A stretch of 64,000 nt of DNA from a virus (taxonomy: Duplodnaviria > Caudoviricetes), in the IMG/VR virus record IMGVR_UViG_3300006930_000009, positions 3,794 to 67,793 of that record. One strand, 5' to 3'. This document shows positions 39,152 through 48,407 of the stretch, in pieces; position 1 is the first letter of the stretch, and each line of letters opens with the position of its first letter. Both the position numbers and the translations under genes were made by a program. The notes beneath the pieces are model-generated. The model ran no database searches, was not told the origin of the DNA, and saw nothing but the letters and a program-made list of their open reading frames with translations.

Positions 39152-39346
39152 ATGCGGAGAGCGTGGACACAAGAAGAGATCGATCAGGTAACCTATTTAT
39201 ACTGTTATACAAATAAATCCGCAGCAGAAATAGGGCAAATTATTGGCCGGACACAGGGATCTGTATCATCAAAAATAGGTACGTTAGGGTTAAAGGATGA
39301 ACGTTACTTACCGCCGTTTAAGCAAACGCACGGGCAGCAAACGTAA
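39152..39346 (+). CDS. Small HTH protein (GcrA/Myb-like)
   Basis: WTQEEI......KSAAEIG..IGRT.GSV..K...LGL. Confidence 0.7.
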   Translation: MRRAWTQEEIDQVTYLYCYTNKSAAEIGQIIGRTQGSVSSKIGTLGLKDERYLPPFKQTHGQQT

Positions 39347-39749
39347 TATTCGTCGTCCCGACAGTGATATCCACAGCCGTGCACTGGAAGAGTTTCATAC
39401 CACCAGCGGTACCTTTTGCTACAGGAACGAACGCACATGACATCTCTGCTCCGGCATCAAAATCATCTGCCCGAATGGGTTCAGTTGTAGTTACCACATA
39501 GATACCATTTGTTTTTGCATCGGTCTGATCTTTCACCAGTACCCGGTTCCCGGCAGCAAGGGTGACGCCATCGATAGTAGCCCCGGCTGCAAGTCCGGTA
39601 GCGAGATCAGCAATGTTTGCAGTAGTCGCTACAACACAAGCAGTCTTCATCAGTGAGGCTTTTAAAAGAGCGTTGATAGCGAGAGTGGCGGATTGTTCCT
39701 CAGCAACATCAGTCTGATTGTTCCGGATTTGATCCATGAATGTTGACAT
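39318..39749 (-). CDS. Stand-alone virion fibre-type domain protein
   Basis: TIDGVTLAAGNRVLVKDQT...NGIYVV motif common in phage structural proteins; TATA ~25 nt above ATG 39749. Confidence 0.7.
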   Translation of the reverse strand: MSTFMDQIRNNQTDVAEEQSATLAINALLKASLMKTACVVATTANIADLATGLAAGATIDGVTLAAGNRVLVKDQTDAKTNGIYVVTTTEPIRADDFDAGAEMSCAFVPVAKGTAGGMKLFQCTAVDITVGTTNITFAARAFA

Positions 39750-39972
39750 GACCAAATGGTAGGAGAGCCCCGGATATAAAAGATCGTCTCTTTAAGATAT
39801 CCTGCATTTCTTCCACGGTATAATGATTGTCACAGGGTGGAATCTTCTTTCGTCTGTCACGGACTTCATCAACCCGACTCTGCCAGTCTCCCATATCGCA
39901 ATACGGGTTCCATCCATCGATATCATGCCAGAAACAGCATATCTCACAGGGGCGAAGAGTCCGGTCAATCAT
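39709..39972 (-). CDS. Small Cys-rich hypothetical protein
   Basis: CEICC...C...C; operon context. Confidence 0.5.
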   Translation of the reverse strand: MIDRTLRPCEICCFWHDIDGWNPYCDMGDWQSRVDEVRDRRKKIPPCDNHYTVEEMQDILKRRSFISGALLPFGHVNIHGSNPEQSD

Positions 39973-39984
39973 AAAAATAGAGTA

Positions 39985-40374
39985 TTACAGAAGTGCAGTG
40001 ACTTCTGATTCTTCGATGATAGTAATCTCGCGTTCCTTGATATACAGGTAAACCTTGGACTTGGTATCCTTTCTACCCAGCTGGATTACTCCAGTGAATT
40101 CGGCATCAACGTCAAAGAAGTACGGTTCCCCGAGAATGTTCTGATGACGTTTAACGAAATCACCGTCAAACTTGTATTTTGGATGTGTCTTGGTTAACAC
40201 GCGAATCCAGAGAGGGCATGCGGACCAGTCATCATGATTGGTCTTCCCGTCCACGAGGAGTTTAATGCCCCAGAACTGACCATCATTTGCAAAATATACA
40301 TCGCCGAAACCGGCGATTGCTATGGGATCATTACACTTATCCCAATTAATAGGCTTACGCTGCGATGCTGCCAT
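39985..40374 (-). CDS. Hypothetical protein
   Basis: 129-aa ORF with intergenic TATA-like element upstream. Confidence 0.6.
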   Translation of the reverse strand: MAASQRKPINWDKCNDPIAIAGFGDVYFANDGQFWGIKLLVDGKTNHDDWSACPLWIRVLTKTHPKYKFDGDFVKRHQNILGEPYFFDVDAEFTGVIQLGRKDTKSKVYLYIKEREITIIEESEVTALL

Positions 40375-40399
40375 ACATACATGTTATCAACGGTAGTAT

Positions 40400-40684
40400 T
40401 TATACCTGCTCCAATTCCTGACGCAAATTGTTCAGCATTTCTAATTTTGACCGGCGATCTTCAGCCCGAGCATCACAGATAACTGCATTGCAATATTCGT
40501 TAAATGCATTGGTGATGATCTCAAAATGAGGATCGTTGACATTAATACTAATGGTAGCCCTGCAATTATCCGGAATAGAAATGGTAATATACTTTTTCGT
40601 ATTGGTGATACATCCAAACCGGTTCACAACATCCCGGTTTACTTCATCCTCTTTTGAGTGGAACACATATCCCATACCATACAT
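40400..40684 (-). CDS. Hypothetical protein
   Basis: 94-aa ORF. Confidence 0.55.
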   Translation of the reverse strand: MYGMGYVFHSKEDEVNRDVVNRFGCITNTKKYITISIPDNCRATISINVNDPHFEIITNAFNEYCNAVICDARAEDRRSKLEMLNNLRQELEQV

Positions 40685-40755
40685 ATTTCATTCATGATGA
40701 TTTAAACGATTGGGTATACAAAATAATTATATCATCCAGCGACGAATGATAGCAT

Positions 40756-41013
40756 ATGCTTGTCGAATTGAAATGCATTATTGATATCCCGGAAGACCGG
40801 GTAGATGATTTCTGTTACGATATCACAACTGAAATCGAAAACATGCAGGAGAAAGGCACGGGGAGATCATTCCAACAGATCAAATCAGAGTCGATCGCCA
40901 CCGTAATAAATACGGTGATGAATGCTGATAAAGGATATCAGCGATACATCGTGTTCAAAAATGCAGAGTGTTCATCAGAGTTCTTCCGGGTCCACAATAT
41001 CAGTCACCGCTGA
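40756..41013 (+). CDS. Hypothetical protein
   Basis: 85-aa ORF, convergent on the tagged gene. Confidence 0.5.
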   Translation: MLVELKCIIDIPEDRVDDFCYDITTEIENMQEKGTGRSFQQIKSESIATVINTVMNADKGYQRYIVFKNAECSSEFFRVHNISHR

Positions 41014-42306
41014 CTCTTCTTCAACATCAGGGCCATTAAATATTTTATCTGATTCTTCATCGGTCATATCATCAGGTGTATCAAAGTCAAAATTTGCAAT
41101 ATGATCCGGCTCCCATACGCCATCATTTTCATGATCAATTGTTATTACCCGTTTTGACTTTGACATATAGATAACATCTTTTTTGATATAATCAGGTAAT
41201 GTATCCCTATAGTTTCCGGGAAGTGCATGCACCACCGGCTCCCATACACTCATAGGTAATTCAAGCGTAGTGAAATCATTGATAATATCATATGCAGTCG
41301 ATGCATTAGGCTTTTTCTTCATTAACTCAAACGCAACCGGTTTTAACTTATCCATTAACCGATTATTAATATCGTCATTTGTGAGAATTTTCCCGGTTTC
41401 TTTATCCAACACAGAATTATCTTTTGTATACACGATCGAGTCTTCCACTTCCTTCGCAATAGCATGAGTTGATTTCGCTACATAATCGGGTTCATGAATA
41501 CGAAGCATTGCAGTGGTAGCTTTTAACGGTTCTGATGGGTTTACATCCTTAATGTCGAAGAGATCTACATGTTCTTCATAAAATGCATTGGCAATGTTTA
41601 GAAGATGATTTTTTGGATAGGCTCCAACTGGAGAATCAAATGGTTCCCGGTGATTGGCGATAATATCTTCAAATTCATCTGCCCGGGCAATAGCCATATT
41701 TACTTTATCGACAAGTTCAGGGAACGTACCTATCTTTTTTAAATAATAATTAATCTGCCGTAATTTACTTTTACTCTTATCTAAAGACTCGCTGATGGTG
41801 CGTTTTTGATTAATATAACTGCCAACTTTATGCCGGGTAGACTGCGCCTCATGACTGGATGGATCCGTATCAATTTTACGTATTAAATGATCAGCGAGTG
41901 CGTATTTCGCACCATATTGTTTCCTCTCAGATGTAAATCGATCATCCTGATGATACTCTTCTAAATTGTCTATAGCGTACGTATCTTCAGCATCTCTCAA
42001 TGATTCAGGTAATTCAGCCGGAATATATTTTGCATATTGCCCATACGGAAGATTACCGGTCGATTTCGTATGATAGCTATAGGATGGGTCTTTCTTAACT
42101 TTCTCCAAATAGGCCCGACGGTCTGCTAAAATAGACTCTTTCGTATGAGTGGATAGATCCGGATTATTACTATAGGGTATCGTATAATACCGCCCACCCT
42201 GTTCACCGGTTTCGACCGATCGTCCTTTCGGAGCATCTTTCCCATCGGAAAGATACACTTTCCGTAGTGCTAAATCATAAATAATCTTCCGGCGGAGGTG
42301 CAGCAT
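40975..42306 (-). CDS. N-terminally tagged protein, unknown C-terminal domain, acidic tail
   Basis: 443 aa; begins RRKIIYDLALRKVYLSDGKDAPKGRSVETGEQGGRYY. Confidence 0.75.
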   Translation of the reverse strand: MLHLRRKIIYDLALRKVYLSDGKDAPKGRSVETGEQGGRYYTIPYSNNPDLSTHTKESILADRRAYLEKVKKDPSYSYHTKSTGNLPYGQYAKYIPAELPESLRDAEDTYAIDNLEEYHQDDRFTSERKQYGAKYALADHLIRKIDTDPSSHEAQSTRHKVGSYINQKRTISESLDKSKSKLRQINYYLKKIGTFPELVDKVNMAIARADEFEDIIANHREPFDSPVGAYPKNHLLNIANAFYEEHVDLFDIKDVNPSEPLKATTAMLRIHEPDYVAKSTHAIAKEVEDSIVYTKDNSVLDKETGKILTNDDINNRLMDKLKPVAFELMKKKPNASTAYDIINDFTTLELPMSVWEPVVHALPGNYRDTLPDYIKKDVIYMSKSKRVITIDHENDGVWEPDHIANFDFDTPDDMTDEESDKIFNGPDVEEESAVTDIVDPEEL

Positions 42307-42340
42307 ATATACATTTAAAGGAAAGGTGTGTATTTAAACG

Positions 42341-42574
42341 TCATTCAGTATACGGATTACCGCCATCAATAACATATCCCGGGTCTGTAGGGGGCTGTGT
42401 TTTATATATTTCAAGTAATAAATCTATCGCTTCCCCTAAGGTTTTCGGGCAATGGCCTACCAGTTCAATCCATGCGGCTTCATCGTCTAAATTATATGTG
42501 AGAATGTGAGATATAACGACATCCTGTTCGGTATTTGTGCAATCAATACGACGAATATCGTCAATAAATGTCAT
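42341..42574 (-). CDS. Small hypothetical protein
   Basis: 77 aa, ATGA coupled to upstream fibre gene. Confidence 0.55.
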   Translation of the reverse strand: MTFIDDIRRIDCTNTEQDVVISHILTYNLDDEAAWIELVGHCPKTLGEAIDLLLEIYKTQPPTDPGYVIDGGNPYTE

Positions 42575-43410
42575 CCTCCAATCTCCGATGTTATCGTTGC
42601 AGTAAATTCCCGGGTTACTCCGGATACGACAAACCCGTGGGTATACACCGATACGATTTCAATGTCAGGATCATCGAGTTCAATATCCGGAAGCATACTC
42701 TTCAATGACTGATAGGGAAAAAACCCAGACAGTGCTGGGTATTTCGTCACCTCAAAATACCGCATGCAATTCAGTAGTTCATCATAATACGGCGTAGGGG
42801 AGAACGGCATGTCGGAATCACCAAGATACATCTGCACATGAGTGATACATAACTCCGTAATCTGTTGACCAAATATCAATACCGCAATATTCCGGTTATC
42901 TCCAACCACGGTCGCCCCATCAGGGATCACTGTCTTCCACTCTTCCTCAAGCGGTGATAAGGATACATGATCACTCGCCATATACCACCCTTCTTCTAAC
43001 GATAATGATGACCAGTTGGTAATAGGGTCAAGAAACGGGGCATTGGGGGTACCAGTCCATCGTAATATGGCCGATCCTACCATCTCACCGGTACCGGATG
43101 CGGCAAATGATACGGATGCACCTAATCCAGTGAACTTTTTACTATCCACCGTATCCATAATCTGAAAAATGCCGACATCTATCGGTTCAATGGATGCTAT
43201 TTTTAATGCCGAACAGTGCATCGACGCATCTTTCTCTACCCGTGCCGTAACTCCATCCGGTAACAGAATACACCAGCGATCCGGACCAAATGACATATCC
43301 GTAACCATGAGTGAGGTACCACGCTGCCATATATCCATACACTCGTTATCAATGGCATTACGAAACAGATTTGCCTGATAATCATACCCGGATGAGTTCA
43401 CCAACTTCAT
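42571..43410 (-). CDS. Fibre-associated carbohydrate-binding-like protein
   Basis: NLF.N....DIWQRGTS.....GPDRW and PFSP.PY.DEL..C.RYFE motifs; start 43410 gives ATGA overlap (track 43470). Confidence 0.7.
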   Translation of the reverse strand: MKLVNSSGYDYQANLFRNAIDNECMDIWQRGTSLMVTDMSFGPDRWCILLPDGVTARVEKDASMHCSALKIASIEPIDVGIFQIMDTVDSKKFTGLGASVSFAASGTGEMVGSAILRWTGTPNAPFLDPITNWSSLSLEEGWYMASDHVSLSPLEEEWKTVIPDGATVVGDNRNIAVLIFGQQITELCITHVQMYLGDSDMPFSPTPYYDELLNCMRYFEVTKYPALSGFFPYQSLKSMLPDIELDDPDIEIVSVYTHGFVVSGVTREFTATITSEIGG

Positions 43411-43895
43411 GTAACCCTCAGTGTACCAACTGCGTTCACCACCGCAAAAGTAGTATTTGCCACAATGCATACTAATGTGACGGTATTATATCGTTGATTA
43501 TTTGCCGATCGAAGATATCCGCCTGTACCTAATGATGTTGTTGTGTTTAAATACACGATCCTTTGATTAGCATTCTGTGCAACCCTCCATGTACCGGCAT
43601 TCGCCGTGCCATTACCGACGATATAAAACATATCGCCGACTTTACAAGAGGTTGGTAGTGTTAAAATACATTCATTCGCCGTATTAGTAATATACCCAGT
43701 ATTCACCAGCATGGTAGCTGCCGATGTCGCCACTACCCATTGAGTAGTCCCAATAGATGGCAAATTCGGATACGCTAATACCCCATTCCCGATCTTTAGC
43801 TCATTCCGGGACGCGTCATATCCAAACTCTCCATTCGCCGGTATGACGGTGTTCCATTGAGCAGACGTACCTCGTTTAGGACGGATCCTTACCAT
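43407..43895 (-). CDS. Short fibre protein with Mtd-N/hyaluronidase-like N-terminal domain
   Basis: RI..KRGT.AQW...PA.GEFGYD....LKIGNG..Y.NLP, then T4 gp34-like GYITN...LTLP....GD segment. Confidence 0.75.
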   Translation of the reverse strand: MVRIRPKRGTSAQWNTVIPANGEFGYDASRNELKIGNGVLAYPNLPSIGTTQWVVATSAATMLVNTGYITNTANECILTLPTSCKVGDMFYIVGNGTANAGTWRVAQNANQRIVYLNTTTSLGTGGYLRSANNQRYNTVTLVCIVANTTFAVVNAVGTLRVT

Positions 43896-43906
43896 AAAAA
43901 TAAAGA

Positions 43907-44812
43907 TTATGCGGGAGTACCGCCGTCAATCTCTCCCCATGAGGGGTCAGCAGCATCACCGTGTGATATCAACACATTCCCATCAATGGTGGATGCAGGT
44001 AACCGGGTCCACCCGGTAGCGTTCCTGAACAGGATATCACCCTGAGTACCACCAACAGGTACTTGAATAAAGCTGGATGGTCCATATGCACTGTTTACCA
44101 GTTCTCCACCAGCAGACAAAGTCGGGAAGTTACCGGCGGTCGGAGTACCAACAATAGAGATATACTTGTCATCGTGTAGATGATCCGTGAATGCGATCTC
44201 CTTCTCAGTACCGGCCAGACCGGCTTTCCACACATCAGCAGACTCATCCCAGTAGATACTGGCATTTGTCGAAGTACCACGTTCGACCTCAATACCACCG
44301 CCTACGGTAGGTGCTCCGGTGACATTGTTATTCAGCACGATAACATTATCATCGACGGTAAGTGTGGTAGAATTGATGGTGGTCGTTGCACCGGTAACGG
44401 TAAGGTTCTTCACCGTTAAATCGGCATAATCAGAGTCGTCAGAGTTTCGAAGCTCAAACTTCCCGGAGTTGTTCTTAATCTGAATCGGGTCAGTACCGTC
44501 CTGATCGATGGTAAATGATGAGGCGGTTGTCCCGGTAATCGAGGTAATAGACAGGGTAGCGTTCACGAACTTCCCGGATCCGGCATTCCATTGAATGACC
44601 TGTCCATCGGTCAGTGAACTCAGGTTGACATCTTTCAGAGTTGCCAACTTGTTAATGGTGTTTTCTGCTGGCAGTGCGGTCCATACATGGAGCCCGTCAC
44701 CCCGGCGAATTTCACCAGTGGTCTCATCGAGACCGTACTCACCTGTCTTTAATATCAGAGTTGACGCTGTCCATTGGACGGTCGTCCCCCTACGCATTCT
44801 GATAACAGACAT
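43907..44812 (-). CDS. Fibre protein with Mtd-N-like domain
   Basis: IRMRRGT..QW.....L..GEYGLD..TG..+.GDG..W..LP; L.DV....DGQV+.WN; IEVERGT. Confidence 0.8.
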   Translation of the reverse strand: MSVIRMRRGTTVQWTASTLILKTGEYGLDETTGEIRRGDGLHVWTALPAENTINKLATLKDVNLSSLTDGQVIQWNAGSGKFVNATLSITSITGTTASSFTIDQDGTDPIQIKNNSGKFELRNSDDSDYADLTVKNLTVTGATTTINSTTLTVDDNVIVLNNNVTGAPTVGGGIEVERGTSTNASIYWDESADVWKAGLAGTEKEIAFTDHLHDDKYISIVGTPTAGNFPTLSAGGELVNSAYGPSSFIQVPVGGTQGDILFRNATGWTRLPASTIDGNVLISHGDAADPSWGEIDGGTPA

Positions 44813-44833
44813 AGATAACCAATACTATAGATA

Positions 44834-44856
44834 ACTATATATAAACTGGTTAAAAA
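44834..44856 (-). promoter_or_regulatory. Extended promoter TTTTTAACCAGTTTATATATAGTT of fibre operon
   Basis: TATA 26 nt upstream of ATG 44812; 19-nt identity with PAS promoter. Confidence 0.7.
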
Positions 44857-44868
44857 CAGATTTATTGC

Positions 44869-45588
44869 CTAAATAGGCACGTAATCCCGGTAAATTGTGG
44901 TGAACGATTTCGGAGATATCCTTCCAGTGCCCTCTTTCAATAATGCATTTAGGCAGGCGTCCCATTGCTTCTTATGAGACATGCGGTAATACACCGACGA
45001 TTCGTATGTATCACAGTCAAACAGTTCCGGAGTAGGAAAACTGGCTGTGCCGGTATACGATAATACGATGACATCACTCTTCGTAGTGGTGAATAGTTTA
45101 AGTACCTCTTTCCAATCATCTTGTTTGAATATCTGAAGATCTATCCCCTGATTGATAATCGAAACGACCCACTTATAATCCTCTTTCAGGAAGTAGGAAA
45201 AGTTCTCACAAAGCAGGTGGATGAGAACCGAGATCTTCATGACATCATTCCCATACTGCATGATCCGGTTTATACGCCATAGGTAATGGTTGATGAAATC
45301 ACCGACCAGTGGATCATAGATCCGGAGATGGTCCATTGCAGTTTTGTAATAGAGCATGACTCGCTGGATTTCATCAGCTGACATACCGACCTGTGGTGTT
45401 CGAAGCAGTTCCATCAGATCTTCATCTTTTGACCGGATTAATGCAAGCCGGTCTGCCCGATTTGCATATACGAGAGAATTATACAGGATACCGTAGCAGA
45501 GGTTCTTCGTCAGTTCATCCATCTGATTCCGGACCGGTCCATAGAGATCGGCGGTTTTGTTCACAGTATTAAATCGAATGGCACTCAT
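44869..45588 (-). CDS. Hypothetical protein
   Basis: 239-aa ORF. Confidence 0.65.
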   Translation of the reverse strand: MSAIRFNTVNKTADLYGPVRNQMDELTKNLCYGILYNSLVYANRADRLALIRSKDEDLMELLRTPQVGMSADEIQRVMLYYKTAMDHLRIYDPLVGDFINHYLWRINRIMQYGNDVMKISVLIHLLCENFSYFLKEDYKWVVSIINQGIDLQIFKQDDWKEVLKLFTTTKSDVIVLSYTGTASFPTPELFDCDTYESSVYYRMSHKKQWDACLNALLKEGTGRISPKSFTTIYRDYVPI

Positions 45589-45854
45589 GTTGCCTCACAG
45601 CATTTAAGGTATGCGTTTCCGGTAGGAGTAATATGATGGGTTGAATAGTGCACGGAGGTAGGTTCAGCCCGGACATACCCCATGGTATACAACCGGGATA
45701 TTGTCCTGCTGCTTATCGGACGCTCTTTTCCACCCATTACATACGATTGTCTAATAGGGCCTCTAGTGAGAAGATAATATTTTATCCTCCCATCCCGGAT
45801 GGCCTCAAGTACATCACGCTGCGTCTTGGACAATTTCATAGATTTCACACTCAT
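45585..45854 (-). CDS. Small wHTH-like hypothetical protein
   Basis: LSKTQRDVL...ISSRTI.RL...GYV pattern; ATGA coupling. Confidence 0.5.
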   Translation of the reverse strand: MSVKSMKLSKTQRDVLEAIRDGRIKYYLLTRGPIRQSYVMGGKERPISSRTISRLYTMGYVRAEPTSVHYSTHHITPTGNAYLKCCEAT

Positions 45855-46107
45855 GGATCAAATGAGGCTGGTTTATCACACCGACGATCTCTCCATACAA
45901 TACATTATCATCGAGAGGTAATCCATTATCCGCCCTGCGGATGGCATAACTCATACACGGGACGCATTTATATGATGCATGCCATGGTTCACCAATGTAC
46001 AGATCATACCAGTCGATGATTTTATACATTGCCCCGGAAAACATCGTCTCCGGATGATATCGAATTCTCACCACTTTGCCGGCGAGTCTGTGACTTTCGC
46101 AGTGCAT
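45814..46107 (-). CDS. Hypothetical protein
   Basis: 97-aa ORF starting 10 nt below the 21-bp repeat. Confidence 0.6.
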   Translation of the reverse strand: MHCESHRLAGKVVRIRYHPETMFSGAMYKIIDWYDLYIGEPWHASYKCVPCMSYAIRRADNGLPLDDNVLYGEIVGVINQPHLIHECEIYEIVQDAA

Positions 46108-46116
46108 GGTATTTAA

Positions 46117-46137
46117 TTTGTAGTAAAAAGAGATAAA
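46117..46137. repeat. 21-bp intergenic direct repeat, copy 1 (TTTGTAGTAAAAAGAGATAAA)
   Basis: Identical to 46718-46738. Confidence 0.9.
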
Positions 46138-46139
46138 TG

Positions 46140-46595
46140 TTATGCTTCTTCCCGGAGATTACAGGTGCCTTTAAGGATATTCCGGGAAGATATACGGCAT
46201 AACCATGCTCCGGTTGGATCGGTATAGTCGTGTTTACATCCGTTACATGGGGAGTTTTTAATATCGTTTAACAGAGTTGCTACCTTGATGGTATATTCAG
46301 CCCACTCAAGCACGATACCGACATAGTCGAACATCTTATCCGGGTTGTATGGCGTACCGATGGTATCTTTCATGGTACGATCCAGCATTGCTTTTACCTG
46401 AGTTGGAATGATATCCGGGAGGATGAAGTTGACATGATGATCATAGTTGAAATGATCTTCCGGTACCCATAGGTCGCATATTTCCCCGGATTCCGGGTTA
46501 TCAGGTTTACAGTCTAATAGGTGCAGGTTCCCACAGTTTTTACAGGTGATAGCATAGTCTATAACCCGGGGTGTTTGCTGACAGGTTTCGCACAT
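46140..46595 (-). CDS. Cys-rich (Zn-finger) hypothetical protein
   Basis: Start MCETCQQ at 46595 just after the preceding stop; several CxxC motifs (track starts 46640). Confidence 0.6.
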   Translation of the reverse strand: MCETCQQTPRVIDYAITCKNCGNLHLLDCKPDNPESGEICDLWVPEDHFNYDHHVNFILPDIIPTQVKAMLDRTMKDTIGTPYNPDKMFDYVGIVLEWAEYTIKVATLLNDIKNSPCNGCKHDYTDPTGAWLCRISSRNILKGTCNLREEA

Positions 46596-46597
46596 AG

Positions 46598-46708
46598 TCA
46601 CCAGTCGTTCTGCTGCATCTGAGAACCACACCCGTGACAATACCAGATCCGGCAGTCATCTGTTTCAGATACCAGTTCCATATCATTTTTGCATTTCTCG
46701 CATTGCAT
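46598..46708 (-). CDS. 36-aa Zn-ribbon protein (MQCEKCKNDMELVSETDDCRIWYCHGCGSQMQQNDW)
   Basis: CxxC...CxxC; starts 10 nt below repeat copy 2; not in track. Confidence 0.6.
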   Translation of the reverse strand: MQCEKCKNDMELVSETDDCRIWYCHGCGSQMQQNDW

Positions 46709-46717
46709 AATAGATAT

Positions 46718-46738
46718 TTTGTAGTAAAAAGAGATAAA
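46718..46738. repeat. 21-bp intergenic direct repeat, copy 2
   Basis: Identical to 46117-46137. Confidence 0.9.
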
Positions 46739-46739
46739 G

Positions 46740-46898
46740 TTACTGTTTTAACCGGCGATTAATTAAGCGATGATACATGATAACCATCGCCTTATCCCGG
46801 ATTGCAATCTGTTCCGGAGTGAGAGGCACGTATCCCGGAATAGATAACCGGGTTGTGCCTGATGGTTCATCACCCCAGTTGTGATAACCCATTCCCAT
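46740..46898 (-). CDS. 52-aa hypothetical protein
   Basis: Hand translation MGMGYHNWGDEP...RRLKQ; abuts upstream stop (TAAATG). Confidence 0.45.
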   Translation of the reverse strand: MGMGYHNWGDEPSGTTRLSIPGYVPLTPEQIAIRDKAMVIMYHRLINRRLKQ

Positions 46899-47003
46899 TT
46901 AATTCATCGCCCCGATACAATATACAAATCCTACACCCCAACAGCAAAACAGGAAAACTACGAATAGTAGAGCATTAATATTTGAAGTATCGTTTATATT
47001 CAT
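46899..47003 (-). CDS. 34-aa single-pass membrane micro-protein
   Basis: MNINDTSNINALLFVVFLFCCWGVGFVYCIGAMN. Confidence 0.4.
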   Translation of the reverse strand: MNINDTSNINALLFVVFLFCCWGVGFVYCIGAMN

Positions 47004-47204
47004 CTATTATAATCGTGGTATGATGAGATAAATGTTATGGGGCGTTACTACGCGTATACGTTGTATTGGGTAGTTACTATGCAGGATCGTGGTAGTCAAT
47101 TCCATAGTTTGTAATACCTGTGGTCTATCATCATATTACACGTATTTTTGAAAACGGAGTTTATTTTAGCAATTTATTTATACTAATACAACTACTATAT
47201 TTGT

Positions 47205-48407
47205 ATGGAACGAAGATACCTTGGTATCGACGTATTAAACGCAGCAAAAAATAGAATATCATGGGCGTTTGATACATTTGATACTATAAGTGTAAGTTTT
47301 TCTGGAGGGAAAGACTCTACAGTGATGCTGCATTTAGTTGCAGATGAGGCAAGGCGGAGGAATAGGATGATACATTGTTTATTTGTTGATTGGGAAGCAC
47401 AATACTCATTAACCATACAGCATGTAAATGCAATGTTTTCATTATACAATGATGTAATCATCCCATATTGGATCGCATTACCGTTTAAAACAGTAAATGC
47501 CGTTTCCCAATTTGAGCCTGAATGGATGTGCTGGGATCCTGATAAGAAAGATCTATGGGTACGGGATCGGCCGGAAAATGCAATAACTGATGAGGCATAT
47601 TTCCCATTCTACACCCACGGTATGACGTTTGAAGAGTTCATGCCTGCATTTAGTAACTGGCTTGGTAAATCATCCGGAATCATGATAGGTATAAGAGTGG
47701 GTGAGAGTATGCATCGATATCGGACGTTATTTATGGAAAATAAAACTACTTTGGATAACAAGCAGTTCACTACAAAGATAAATGATTCAATTTATAACTG
47801 TTATCCAATATACGACTGGACTGATTCAGACATATGGGCATTCCATGGTATTACGGGATCCATATATAATAAATTATATGATAGAATGCATCAAGCAGGA
47901 TTGCCGTTAAAACATATGCGAGTATGTGAACCATATGGGTTAGAACAGCGGGTTGGTTTATGGTTATATCACGCTATAGAGCCTGAAACATGGGGGAAAA
48001 TAGTAGCCCGGGTGAATGGTGCTAACCAAGGAGCGTTGTATGCAAAAACAAAAGGTAACATTATGGGAAATGGAACACTTACACTACCAGCGGGGCATAC
48101 GTGGAAATCATTTGCATTACAGTTATTAGAGTCGATGCCTGTTTCAACAAGTGATCATTATAAAAATAAGATTGCAGTGTATTTAAAATGGTATTCTTCC
48201 CGAGGGTATCAAGATGGGATACCGGATGCACAAGAGAATGATCTTAAACATGCCGATAAATCACCGTCATGGAGACGAATATGTAAAACAATACTTATGA
48301 ATGACTATTGGTGTAGATCATTATCATTTTCACCAACAAAATCATCAGCATATACTCGTTATCTGGATAGAATGAAACAGCGGAGGGAAGAATGGAATCT
48401 GATATGA
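47205..48407 (+). CDS. ibrA: PAPS-reductase-like PP-loop protein with DUF3440 (IbrA/YbdN family)
   Basis: SFSGGKDS PP-loop, DWEAQY, IGIR..ES..RY, YPIYDW...DIW, RVCEPYG.EQR.GL, SWRRIC...L.NDYWC motifs. Confidence 0.9.
   Translation: MERRYLGIDVLNAAKNRISWAFDTFDTISVSFSGGKDSTVMLHLVADEARRRNRMIHCLFVDWEAQYSLTIQHVNAMFSLYNDVIIPYWIALPFKTVNAVSQFEPEWMCWDPDKKDLWVRDRPENAITDEAYFPFYTHGMTFEEFMPAFSNWLGKSSGIMIGIRVGESMHRYRTLFMENKTTLDNKQFTTKINDSIYNCYPIYDWTDSDIWAFHGITGSIYNKLYDRMHQAGLPLKHMRVCEPYGLEQRVGLWLYHAIEPETWGKIVARVNGANQGALYAKTKGNIMGNGTLTLPAGHTWKSFALQLLESMPVSTSDHYKNKIAVYLKWYSSRGYQDGIPDAQENDLKHADKSPSWRRICKTILMNDYWCRSLSFSPTKSSAYTRYLDRMKQRREEWNLI

Noticed and set aside
42341-44812. Diversity-generating retroelement suggested by Mtd-N domains
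   Set aside because: No reverse transcriptase and no adenine-specific TR/VR pair seen in this window; Mtd-N alone is only an anchor domain
46117-46738. Mini-CRISPR or att site
   Set aside because: Spacing is 601 bp with genes between; no cas or integrase nearby
47205-48407. Sulfate-assimilation auxiliary gene (cysH)
   Set aside because: DUF3440-type C-terminus and ParB-like partner indicate IbrA/YbdN, not CysH
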